Shown in pieces: positions 16,384 through 24,858 of a stretch of 24,858 bases of DNA. The translations under genes were made by a program, and so were the position numbers. The notes below the pieces were generated by a model. It searched no databases, had not been told where the DNA came from, and saw only the letters and a list, made by a program, of their open reading frames with translations. The stretch comes from an uncultured Aminicenantes bacterium (lineage in GTDB: Bacteria; Acidobacteriota; Aminicenantia; UBA2199). The stretch covers positions 1 to 24,858 of the forward strand of contig CBDAFS010000038.1 in assembly GCA_965195285.1 (NCBI GenBank), read 5' to 3'. Every line of letters begins with the position of its first letter. Position 1 is the stretch's first letter.

Positions 16384-17418
16384 ATGTCCGACATAAAAAT
16401 AGCTGTCGATGCCATGGGCGGAGATTATGCCCCTGAAGCTATTGTAGAAGGAGTGATGGATTATATCAAGTCCAGTAAAGATCACAATGTCATTCTGGTG
16501 GGAAAGGAAAAGGAAATCAGAAAGGAATTTCGTAAATACAATCAAGGCATTGGAAAAAAGATTGAAATTATTGATGCCCTTGAACAAATTTCAATGCGGG
16601 AACATTTTTTTTCCTACTGGAGAAAGCGGGAAAAAACCTCAATAAAAAAGGCTCTGGACCTGGTCAAGCATAATAAAGCCCAGGCCATGGTGTCGGCAGG
16701 AAACACCGGAGCGGTGATGGCACTTGCCAAAACGGTTCTGGGCCCGCTTAAAAGTATTGAAAGGCCGGCACTGGCAATCATGATACCCACCCTCAAGGGA
16801 AATTCATTGCTGGTTGACGTAGGGGCTAATGTGGATTCGAAACCTAGAAATCTGGTTCAATTTGCTCTGATGGGCAAGGTCTATTTGGAATCTGTCCATG
16901 GTATCCAGAATCCCAAAATCGGTCTGATGAGTATCGGTGAAGAGGAAGTGAAGGGAACTGAAGTTGTCAAAATGACCAATACCCTGTTAAAAGCCATGGA
17001 CATTAATTTTATGGGTAATATAGAGGGGAGAGAAGCTTATCTCGGTGAAGCGGATTTGATTGTTACCGATGGATTTACCGGCAATGTGACCCTGAAGGTG
17101 GCGGAGGGGGTTGTTGATGTCATGCTATCCATGTTAAAACGGGAGATCATGTCCAACATGCTTTCCAAGATCGGTTTTTTCTTTTTGAAAAGCTCTCTCA
17201 GAAGAATAAAAAACAAGCTGGACTATCAGGAGTATGGCGGTGCACTATTACTGGGGGTGGATGGGATTGTGATTATCGGGCACGGTCGTTCGAGTGCCAA
17301 AGCCATAAAAAATGCCATCTACCTGAGCAAACGTTTTATTGAAGAAAATGTATTGGGTAAAATTTCTCTGGAAATGGAAAAAATGCAGAAAGTATTTAAG
17401 GAGCTCAAATATGGCTGA
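16384..17418 (+). CDS. plsX: Phosphate acyltransferase PlsX
   Basis: IAVDAMGGDYAP, VSAGNTGA, IERPALA, DVGANVD, DGFTGNV, YGGALLLGVDGIVIIGHGRS. Confidence 0.97.
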   Translation: MSDIKIAVDAMGGDYAPEAIVEGVMDYIKSSKDHNVILVGKEKEIRKEFRKYNQGIGKKIEIIDALEQISMREHFFSYWRKREKTSIKKALDLVKHNKAQAMVSAGNTGAVMALAKTVLGPLKSIERPALAIMIPTLKGNSLLVDVGANVDSKPRNLVQFALMGKVYLESVHGIQNPKIGLMSIGEEEVKGTEVVKMTNTLLKAMDINFMGNIEGREAYLGEADLIVTDGFTGNVTLKVAEGVVDVMLSMLKREIMSNMLSKIGFFFLKSSLRRIKNKLDYQEYGGALLLGVDGIVIIGHGRSSAKAIKNAIYLSKRFIEENVLGKISLEMEKMQKVFKELKYG

Positions 17419-18148
17419 AATCAAGAGCGCCATTGTAACCGGAGCTGCCAGAGGCATCGGCAAAGCGATTGCCACTCGATTGGCCAAAGCAGGTATAAAT
17501 GTGGTTGTTTCTGATATCATGGTTGATGAGGCCAGAAAAACGGCTGGTGAATTGGAGGTCCATGGGGTAAAATCGATTGCCTTTGAATCGGATGTCTCCA
17601 AAGGGGAAAGTGTTCAAAAATTAATTCAGTCCTGTATGGCCGAATTCGGCAGTATTGATTATCTGGTGAATAATGCGGGGATTACCCGGGATAATCTGTC
17701 GATCCGGATGTCTGAACAGGAATGGGATATGGTTTTGGATATCAATTTGAAGGGGGCTTTTTTGTGTTCCCATTTTGCAGCCATCGAGATGATGAAAAAC
17801 CGGTTTGGCCGGATAGTAAACATCTCATCGGTAAGCGGAATTCTCGGAACCCCCGGGCAAGCCAATTATGCAGCCTCTAAGGCTGGTGTCATTGCCTTGA
17901 CCAAATCTATGGCCCGGGAACTGGGTGGTCGGGATATCACCGTCAATGCAGTTGCGCCCGGTTTCATTTTAACCGAAATGACCGAAAAGCTCCCGGATAA
18001 GGTTAAAGAGGGATACCTGTCTCAAATACCATTAAAAAGGGTTGGCTCGCCCGAAGATGTGGCTGAAGCCGTTTATTTTTTATTATCACCATCAGCTTCG
18101 TATATTACCGGAACTGTTATTAATGTCTCCGGTGGGCTGGTAATATAA
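17411..18148 (+). CDS. fabG: 3-oxoacyl-ACP reductase FabG
   Basis: TGAARGIG, NNAGITRD, YAASK, VNAVAPGFI. ATG 17411 follows AAGGAG and overlaps the plsX stop; the track start at 17339 is too early. Confidence 0.96.
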   Translation: MAEIKSAIVTGAARGIGKAIATRLAKAGINVVVSDIMVDEARKTAGELEVHGVKSIAFESDVSKGESVQKLIQSCMAEFGSIDYLVNNAGITRDNLSIRMSEQEWDMVLDINLKGAFLCSHFAAIEMMKNRFGRIVNISSVSGILGTPGQANYAASKAGVIALTKSMARELGGRDITVNAVAPGFILTEMTEKLPDKVKEGYLSQIPLKRVGSPEDVAEAVYFLLSPSASYITGTVINVSGGLVI

Positions 18149-18164
18149 AAGAAAGGAGGAAGTT

Positions 18165-18407
18165 ATGACAAAAGAAGAAATTTTGGTAAAAGTAAAAAGT
18201 GTTGTTTCAGAAAAATTAAATGTTGGTGAAGATCAAGTTACTGCCGATGCAAAATTTGTTGAGGACCTGGGCGCTGATTCTTTGGATCAGGTTGAGTTAA
18301 TCATGGCACTGGAAGATGAGTTTGACCTTAAAATCCCAGAGGAAGATGCTGAAAAATTATCCACAATCGGAGCTGCTGTCGATTTCATTATTTCCAAAAC
18401 CCAATAA
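18165..18407 (+). CDS. acpP: Acyl carrier protein
   Basis: DLGADSLDQVELIMALEDEF phosphopantetheine site. GGAGG RBS. Confidence 0.97.
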   Translation: MTKEEILVKVKSVVSEKLNVGEDQVTADAKFVEDLGADSLDQVELIMALEDEFDLKIPEEDAEKLSTIGAAVDFIISKTQ

Positions 18408-18410
18408 ATA

Positions 18411-19676
18411 ATGGATTTTGTTAAAAAAACAATCAACCTGAGAAGGGTTGTGGTTACCGGTCTGGGTATGATTTCCCCGGTTGGCAAGTTGGTTCCTGAA
18501 AACTGGGAAAATGTAAAGAACGGTAAAACAGGAATCGGTCGGATTACCCGGTTCGACCCGGAGGGATATTATTCCCAGATTGCCGGAGAAGTAAAAGGAT
18601 ATGACCCTTATGACTATTTTAATAGGAAAGAATTAAGAAAGTACGATCCTTTTATCCAGTTTGCCCTGATTGCAGCCGATGAAGCGATTTTGGATTCAAA
18701 TTTGAAGATTGATCAATTGAACGCCGAGAGAATAGGTGTTTATGTGGGGTCCGGAATTGGAGGAATATTTACGATTGAATCAAACCATGAAATCTTATTG
18801 AACAGGGGTTTTTCCAGAGTATCACCTTTCTTTTTACCGGCTTCGATCGCAAATCTGGCCACCGGCCAGATAGCCATTAAATACGGGTTTAAGGGGCCCA
18901 ACCTGGCCAATGTGACTGCCTGTGCCACCAGCACCCATTCAACCGGTGATTCATACAGAATCATTCAAATGGGGGATGCTGATGTCATGCTTGCGGGCGG
19001 GGCTGAATATCCCGTAACCCCGCTGGGAATCGCGGGTTTTTCGGTGATGAGGGCCTTATCTTCGAGAAATGACGATCCTGAGAGGGCCAGTCGTCCCTTT
19101 GACAAGGAAAGGGATGGCTTTGTGGTTGCAGAGGGAGGAGCGATTCTGGTGTTAGAAGATCTTGAACATGCCATAAAAAGGGGAGCCAAAATATATGCTG
19201 AAGTGGTGGGATACGGTTTTACCGGTGATGCCTATCACATGACCGCTCCGGATCCCCAGGCGGATGGGGCTTATCGCTCCATGAAGATGGCCATCAATAG
19301 TGCCGAAATCCAGAGTGAGGAAATTGATTATATCAATGCCCATGGCACCTCAACTCCCCTGAATGACAAATATGAAACCATTGCCGTCAAACGGTTATTC
19401 GGTGACCATGCCTCCAAATTGAATGTCAGTTCAACCAAATCCATGACCGGACACATGTTGGGTGCCACCGGAGGTGCTGAAGCCATTTTAACCGTACTTT
19501 CAATATTCGACTCCTTTATTCCTCCGACCATGAATTATGAATTCCCGGATGAAGACTGCGATCTCAATTACACCCCCAACCAGGGTGTAGAAAAGAAGAT
19601 AGGTTATGCCTTATCCAATTCTTTTGGATTTGGCGGGACCAATGGAACCCTTATTTTTAAGAGATTTGAATCATAA
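18411..19676 (+). CDS. fabF: 3-oxoacyl-ACP synthase II FabF
   Basis: RRVVVTGLG, TACAT (Cys), INAHGTST (His), TKSMTGHMLGA (His), SNSFGFGGTN. Confidence 0.96.
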   Translation: MDFVKKTINLRRVVVTGLGMISPVGKLVPENWENVKNGKTGIGRITRFDPEGYYSQIAGEVKGYDPYDYFNRKELRKYDPFIQFALIAADEAILDSNLKIDQLNAERIGVYVGSGIGGIFTIESNHEILLNRGFSRVSPFFLPASIANLATGQIAIKYGFKGPNLANVTACATSTHSTGDSYRIIQMGDADVMLAGGAEYPVTPLGIAGFSVMRALSSRNDDPERASRPFDKERDGFVVAEGGAILVLEDLEHAIKRGAKIYAEVVGYGFTGDAYHMTAPDPQADGAYRSMKMAINSAEIQSEEIDYINAHGTSTPLNDKYETIAVKRLFGDHASKLNVSSTKSMTGHMLGATGGAEAILTVLSIFDSFIPPTMNYEFPDEDCDLNYTPNQGVEKKIGYALSNSFGFGGTNGTLIFKRFES

Positions 19677-19743
19677 ATTAAATATTTCTTATAATCAGTC
19701 TAGAGTGAATTAACCTAAGAAACAGATATCCTTATTGTAATAT

Positions 19744-21447
19744 TTAGACTGCTGATTTTTTTAGTATTCTTCCCGGTAGACTTCCGGTATGTTCTCCGTT
19801 TCGGATAACAATTTTTCCATTTACAACCACCCATTCGATTCCAAGGGGATATTGTTTTGGGTCTGTCCAGGTTGCCTGATCTGAAACTGTATCGGGGTTA
19901 AAGATCACCACATCGGCAAAACAATTTTCCTTTATCTGCCCTCTATGTTTTAATCCGAATTTTTGAGCAGTCAGAGAGGTCATTTTTTTAATGGCTTGGC
20001 CCAAGCTTAATATTTTTTCATCCCTGGCATACCGGCCCAGAATCCGGGTGAACGTACCATAGTATCGCGGGTGGGGTTTCCCCTTGTCCAGTAAACCGTA
20101 AGGGGCTACTGCCTCCCCATCGGCACCGATAACCACAAGGGGATGAGCCAGGATCCGTTTCAGGTTATCTTCGCTGGCAAAGAACAATATCATAGAAACA
20201 CGATTCTCTTCTTCAATAAGTAAATCCCGTATGAATTCATAAGGTTCCTTCCGGATTTCCCCGGCAGCCTCAAGAATATTCCTTCCTTCAAAGGGTTTAT
20301 TTTTTTCAGTAAATACCGAACTTATCAGAACTTTATCCCAGGAACCAAGCTTTTTTTCCTGTTCTTTCAAATGATTGCGAATTTTAGAATCCAAATTAGG
20401 GTCATTTAGCTTGGCAATAAACTCTTTTGTGGTACCTTGTTTTGACCAAAGAGGGAAAAAATAGCTTAGACCGGTGGAACCGGCAACATAGGGGTACCTG
20501 TCAGCTAAAATGTTAATTCCTTTTTTTGCAGCAGCCTCGATTTTTGTTATTGCGTCATCTATTTTCGGCCAATTTCTTTGATATGCAACTTTTAAATGAG
20601 AAATTTGTAAACTTACACCTGTTTTTTTAGAGATTTGAATTGTTTCTTCAATGGATTCCAGAAGTTTGTCCCCTTCATCTCTCATATGGGTGGCATACAC
20701 TCCCCGGGCGTGGGCAATCTCATGACACAGTTCGGTGAGTTCTACGGTATCTGCATAGCTTCCCGGTGCATATTCAAGGCCGCTGGACATTCCCAGTGCA
20801 CCGGATTTTAAATTTTCGCGGACCTGTTTTTTCATCCGATGCATTTCTTTTTCGGTCGGAGGACGGTCATAATATCCAACAACTTCTCCCCTCAAGTTTC
20901 CATGACCCAATAAAGTGGCATAATTGAGGGCCATTCCCTTTTCAGTAAGGCGCTTAAAAAATCCGTTGATGTCTCTCCAGTCCAGTTTAATATTATATTC
21001 TTCTTTATAATATTTACGGTATTCGCTGAAAACGACATCAGAAATTGGGAAGGGTGAGAATCCGCAATTTCCGCTGATTTCAGTTGTAACTCCCTGCCTG
21101 ACCTGACTCTCGGCTTTTGGATTTACCAATAATCCCACATCTGTATGGCTGTGGGCATCGATAAATCCAGGTGCAACCGCCAGTCCCCGGGCATTGATGA
21201 TCCTTTTGGCTTTGTCCGGATTAATATTGGCTGTGATCCGATAGATTTTATCGCCTTTTATGGCTATATCGGCTTCCTGTGGTGGTGTTCCCTGTCCGTC
21301 AAAAACCAATCCTTTTGATATCAGTATATCGATTTCCTTGGCCCGGGATGATTTTTGAAAAAAGATTTGTGAACCTCCCAGGCCCAGAAAAACGGCTGAC
21401 CGGATTGAATTCTTTATAAATTTTCTTCGTTTTATTTTTGTGCTCAT
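19744..21447 (-). CDS. N-acyl-D-amino-acid deacylase (D-aminoacylase) family amidohydrolase with Tat signal
   Basis: RRKFIK twin-arginine leader, APGFIDAHSH, GNCG, THMRDE, ISHLK, DRYPY, HPRYYGTF, ADVVIF. Confidence 0.9.
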   Translation of the reverse strand: MSTKIKRRKFIKNSIRSAVFLGLGGSQIFFQKSSRAKEIDILISKGLVFDGQGTPPQEADIAIKGDKIYRITANINPDKAKRIINARGLAVAPGFIDAHSHTDVGLLVNPKAESQVRQGVTTEISGNCGFSPFPISDVVFSEYRKYYKEEYNIKLDWRDINGFFKRLTEKGMALNYATLLGHGNLRGEVVGYYDRPPTEKEMHRMKKQVRENLKSGALGMSSGLEYAPGSYADTVELTELCHEIAHARGVYATHMRDEGDKLLESIEETIQISKKTGVSLQISHLKVAYQRNWPKIDDAITKIEAAAKKGINILADRYPYVAGSTGLSYFFPLWSKQGTTKEFIAKLNDPNLDSKIRNHLKEQEKKLGSWDKVLISSVFTEKNKPFEGRNILEAAGEIRKEPYEFIRDLLIEEENRVSMILFFASEDNLKRILAHPLVVIGADGEAVAPYGLLDKGKPHPRYYGTFTRILGRYARDEKILSLGQAIKKMTSLTAQKFGLKHRGQIKENCFADVVIFNPDTVSDQATWTDPKQYPLGIEWVVVNGKIVIRNGEHTGSLPGRILKKSAV

Positions 21448-21593
21448 GAGCGCTCCTTGGTTCCGGTAGATTCGGTTTGAATATGGAGAATAATCCTGTC
21501 AAGGAGATAAAGAAAATTGAAGTTTGAAAAAGATTTTTTTCTGGTGATATTGTAGATTAAAGGTAAATAAAAACTAGAGTAAGAGTATTGATG

Positions 21594-21626
21594 AAAAAAA
21601 GATGGGGGATTTAATCCCCCATCTTT
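21594..21626 (-). terminator. Intrinsic terminator after the PKD-protein gene
   Basis: Minus strand reads AAAGATGGGGGAT-TAA-ATCCCCCATC followed by T7. Confidence 0.85.
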
Positions 21627-21645
21627 CATCTATTAATTTTCCCTT

Positions 21646-22818
21646 TTAGAATATTATTCTTAATCCGCCGCCATAGCGAGAACGTGTCTGGATATCACTG
21701 AACTCATCAAATGCCACGCGTCCTTCCACGAACAAGCCGACATGTTTGGCGAACATAAAACCGGTATTGATGACCAGATCAAATCTGGTGTCCACACTGG
21801 TGTGGAATACACCTACGCCAGCTCCTACAAAGAACTTGGATAACCAGAAGGTTAGAGTGACATCACCGAGTATGGCAGTGGTGTCATCATTGCTGTCTGA
21901 GATTTCAGGGGCTGCGCCAACCAGACCGATGATTGAGACGGTTTCTGAAAATTTGTACATATATCCGACTCTGGCCAGTATCCAGGTGGCCGGATCCGGC
22001 ATGTAGAGAATACCCAGGTCTCCGACAATAAAGCCTCTCTTCTTCAGAAAAACTTCTTTCTGGCAATTTTCTCCGTTGATTTCGGCGCCATCATTGTCTT
22101 TTACCACAGCAATCAATTTATAGGTTCCGGCTTTTTTGATCTTGGTTTCATAGATCCAGGGGGGGGTTTCCAGGACTTTTTCTTCCAGTAATTCTCCATT
22201 GTCATAATTGATGGTGAATTTAACCGATACAATTTTTCCATCCGGATCGCTTGAACCCGAGGCATCCAGGGTGATCAGTTCACCGGCAAAGGCCTCGGTG
22301 GGATTGACCTGTAGATCGCAGGTGGGGGGTTGATTGGGTGGTGGGGGCGGTGGTGGTGGGGGTGGTAATTCGGTGGTACTTTTTAGTGAAATGTTACCGC
22401 AAATTTTCGGTACGATAAAAACATGTTCCTTTAAGTCCCGGGTTATGACGAATCGATAGGCGAGGAAAGGTTCTTTTCCTGCCCAGATAACATCCTTTTC
22501 GACGTAAACCCTTTTTCCTCTTTTAAACATCATCCACATGATCGTATCACCAGGCTGAATTTCGATAAATTCAATTTGGGCTGATTTAAGCTGCTCGATA
22601 AATGCAAAAAAGAGGTCTCCGTACCCGGCTTCTTCAAATCCGATTTTTACCTCTCCAACTCTGTCATTGGCAATGGTTTGAATATCTTCTGCCTTCAGAT
22701 CCTTGGATCTGTAAAAGGGATTTACTCCTAATCTCTTGACTTCTTTTTCCGCTAATAGAGAATTGACAGAAAATAGAAAAACAAGAACAATAAAATAAGT
22801 GATAATTTTCTTATTCAT
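21646..22818 (-). CDS. Secreted/outer-membrane protein: unknown N-domain, poly-Pro linker, PKD domain, C-terminal beta-barrel
   Basis: Sec signal MNKK...LLA, P9-NQPP linker, PKD motif ITLDASGSSDPDGKIVS...GTYKLIAVVKDNDG, alternating amphipathic strands ending YGGGLRIIF. RBS AAGGAGG. Confidence 0.8.
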   Translation of the reverse strand: MNKKIITYFIVLVFLFSVNSLLAEKEVKRLGVNPFYRSKDLKAEDIQTIANDRVGEVKIGFEEAGYGDLFFAFIEQLKSAQIEFIEIQPGDTIMWMMFKRGKRVYVEKDVIWAGKEPFLAYRFVITRDLKEHVFIVPKICGNISLKSTTELPPPPPPPPPPNQPPTCDLQVNPTEAFAGELITLDASGSSDPDGKIVSVKFTINYDNGELLEEKVLETPPWIYETKIKKAGTYKLIAVVKDNDGAEINGENCQKEVFLKKRGFIVGDLGILYMPDPATWILARVGYMYKFSETVSIIGLVGAAPEISDSNDDTTAILGDVTLTFWLSKFFVGAGVGVFHTSVDTRFDLVINTGFMFAKHVGLFVEGRVAFDEFSDIQTRSRYGGGLRIIF

Positions 22819-22835
22819 AGAGCCTCCTTGTTCAT

Positions 22836-22864
22836 TTTATAATAAAAAATAAAATAAATGTCAA
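22836..22864 (-). promoter_or_regulatory. Possible sigma70 promoter of the PKD-protein gene
   Basis: Minus-strand TTGACA (22864-22859), 17 bp, TATAAA (22841-22836). The implied leader would be very short. Confidence 0.4.
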
Positions 22865-22985
22865 GGTTTTTTCTTGATTTTTTTTTATATAAAAACAAGA
22901 TTAGACCTGCTTTTTTATAGATTCGAGTGATAGCAAGTTGACATACGGCCAAAGATAGTACATTTTTTTTATGGGGCTTTAACTC

Positions 22986-23690
22986 GTGAAAATCAGTTTC
23001 AACCAACCTGGATTCATACCCTGGGGGGGATTCTTTTGCCGATTGATGGCATCCGATACCATGGTGCTGCTGGATGATAGTCTGTTTGCGCAGGGATTTA
23101 CTTTTGTGAACCGCAACCGGTTAAAGTGTCCTGATGGTGAATTGTGGATTACCGTCCCCATCAAAAGAATCCCGGGAGAAAGGCAGAAAATCAAAGATCT
23201 GAAGATCCATGAGAAGCAATACTGGGTAAAAAAATGGATGAAAACTTTATATCATGGTTATCTCAAGTCCCTGTGGTTTAATGAAATTCAGGGTGAATTG
23301 AAGCGGATTCTGGAGGCTCGCGGAGATGGTTTTTTAGATATGGTATTACCGGTTCTTGAATTTATAAAATTAAAGCTGGGCATTGCTACCTCCTTTACCC
23401 TGCAGTCAGATACCGGAATAAAATCAAGCGGTTTTCAGTTGCTAATGGATATGGTCGAAGAATTGAATGCCGATGAGGTGATTCTACCGCATTTTTCACA
23501 AAAGACAATTCCCTGGGAGCGACTGAAGCAAAAAGGGATACGGGTGAGTTTCTTACAATATTTTTCTCCCGTATATCCCCAGTTCTGGGGTCAATATAAA
23601 AAGAACCTTTCGGCTCTGGATATCCTTTTCTGCATGGGAAAGGAAAGCCGCAGGGTATTGGAAAAAGGTCACAAGCTTATAACATTATAG
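22986..23690 (+). CDS. WbqC-like family protein
   Basis: NQPGFIPWGGFF, VLLDD, NRNRLK, WITVP, YPQ...NLSALDILF. GTG start. Confidence 0.85.
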   Translation: MKISFNQPGFIPWGGFFCRLMASDTMVLLDDSLFAQGFTFVNRNRLKCPDGELWITVPIKRIPGERQKIKDLKIHEKQYWVKKWMKTLYHGYLKSLWFNEIQGELKRILEARGDGFLDMVLPVLEFIKLKLGIATSFTLQSDTGIKSSGFQLLMDMVEELNADEVILPHFSQKTIPWERLKQKGIRVSFLQYFSPVYPQFWGQYKKNLSALDILFCMGKESRRVLEKGHKLITL

Positions 23691-23723
23691 GAATTTATTT
23701 TTATTTGATAATGTGAGTAGATT

Positions 23724-23930
23724 TTATCCAAATTGTAGGGAAGAGCAGCGGTTTGCCCTTGAGACAGAGGGCGAATCGCCATTCGCCCCTACATTAGTGA
23801 ATTTATTAGGTAAAAATTTTAAAGCCACCCGCCGTTTTAGCTTTGAATCCTCGGCGAGATAAACTTCTCCCATTCCTCCAGACCCGATTTTATTCAGAAT
23901 CCTATAATGAGATATTGTTTTTCCAATCAT
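23724..23930 (-). pseudogene. Truncated Ser/Thr protein kinase (subdomains I-II only)
   Basis: [41 protein letters not shown], after which the frame runs into a REP-like element and stops. Confidence 0.85.
23734..23793. repeat. GTAG-type REP doublet (REPIN/BIME-like)
   Basis: TGTAGGGAAGAGCAGCGGTTTGCCC-N10-GGGCGAAT-CGCC-ATTCGCCC-CTACA. Ends are TGTAGGG...CCCTACA and the right unit has a perfect 8-bp hairpin. Confidence 0.75.
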
Positions 23931-24049
23931 GATTTTTTTTCTATTTCACATCTAACATTTGCCATTTAACATGTGACATCTGCCGTAATGAGCCCCCATG
24001 CCGCCTTCATCCAGTTTTTCGAGGATCTAGTGGAAAATAGTTTTGTCAA

Positions 24050-24858
24050 TCATTTTTCAAAACCCACTTTCCTTAACAGAACTTTAAATCTTGGATCAGG
24101 TAATAGATCTTCGAACCATAATTCAGCTTCACATCCTAGCAGCGCTGCCCCAAATTCATGATTATTGCAGACAATATCCAACCACTTAAAGGCTTGATTT
24201 TTATTCCCGAGACCGTAATGGATTAAACTGAATTCGAAGGCTCTGGTATCCTGGTTTTTAGCTAAATCTTCTAATTTTTTTAGTTCACTTAATGCGGCTT
24301 CTTTTTGCCCTGCTTTGCAATAAGTATAACCCAGGATTCCGATAATATCAAAAAAATTTCCAGTCATCACCCTCACTTTTTTAAAATATTCAATCGCTAA
24401 ATCATACTTTTTCAGCCAAAGATAAACAACACCCATATGATGATAAGCAGGTGAGAAATCAGGATCCATATCAATTGTAAACTGAAGCTGATTTATTGCT
24501 TTTTCAAAAGCACCGGACCAGGCATAAATAACACCAAGATTACGATTGATAATTGCTGATCCGGGGTCATATTCTCGCGCCTGGGTCATATAGCGGATGG
24601 CTTCTTTATGGCGGTTGAGGATACTAAGTGACACGGCATACCAATTGTAAGCGGTTGGATAACGCGGGTTAAGCTGAATAGCCTTCTTAAAGGAACGTTC
24701 AGCCCCCAGCCAGTCCCAATCATAAAAGAATTTAATCCACCCGAGCGCTGCATGGGCTTCCCCCAGGTTTTCATCAATGGATAATGCTTTTTCAGCAGCA
24801 ATCCTGCCCTGGCGAATAAATGGTTCAGGCTTAGCTATATGCATTGAATGCATACAAT
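24050..24858 (-). CDS. TPR-repeat protein, 5'-partial (probably the C-terminus of a kinase/TolB-like/TPR protein)
   Basis: AAEKALSIDENLGEAHAALG, YDWDWLGAERSFKKAIQLNPRY, further TPRs, terminal DPRFKVLLRKVG. The frame is open to the window edge. Confidence 0.88.
   Translation of the reverse strand, partial: CMHSMHIAKPEPFIRQGRIAAEKALSIDENLGEAHAALGWIKFFYDWDWLGAERSFKKAIQLNPRYPTAYNWYAVSLSILNRHKEAIRYMTQAREYDPGSAIINRNLGVIYAWSGAFEKAINQLQFTIDMDPDFSPAYHHMGVVYLWLKKYDLAIEYFKKVRVMTGNFFDIIGILGYTYCKAGQKEAALSELKKLEDLAKNQDTRAFEFSLIHYGLGNKNQAFKWLDIVCNNHEFGAALLGCEAELWFEDLLPDPRFKVLLRKVGFEK

Noticed and set aside
34-24801. Numerous short antisense or overlapping ORFs in the track (e.g. 34-327, 711-1046, 4781-5089, 7913-8302, 15729-16082, 17248-17601, 21746-22006)
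   Set aside because: They are shadows of well-supported genes and have no motifs or RBS.

Overview
Bacterial chromosomal window. The gene style (Ser/Thr kinase-TPR genes, Tat-exported D-aminoacylase, PKD/beta-barrel protein) is compatible with an Acidobacteriota/Aminicenantes-like lineage, but this is inference only. A ~12.6 kb AT-richer accessory/defence island without an integrase (~1703-14309) lies between recN and miaB. It carries: (i) a small putative antitoxin behind a consensus sigma70 promoter with two identically spaced inverted-repeat pairs, followed by a 34-codon stub of a probable nucleotidyltransferase; (ii) radC, a fused nuclease-m6A methyltransferase, rhuM and a two-TRD specificity subunit; (iii) a DUF2130-like coiled-coil nuclease next to an OLD-family ABC-ATPase/TOPRIM nuclease; (iv) a rhuM gene fragment; (v) a wHTH + nucleotidyltransferase pair; and (vi) an AbiEi/AbiEii pair whose stop codon overlaps the miaB start. 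Core genes follow: miaB, yceD-like, rpmF, plsX, fabG, acpP, fabF (no fabH/fabD), then a D-aminoacylase, a PKD/beta-barrel protein, a WbqC-like protein, a kinase stub cut at a REP doublet, and a partial TPR gene. The most unusual signals are 25-27 bp palindromes at the same coding position in both rhuM sequences, the DUF2130+OLD pair, three distinct nucleotidyltransferase modules, and the AbiEii-miaB coupling. No database searches were run; family names come from motif recognition.
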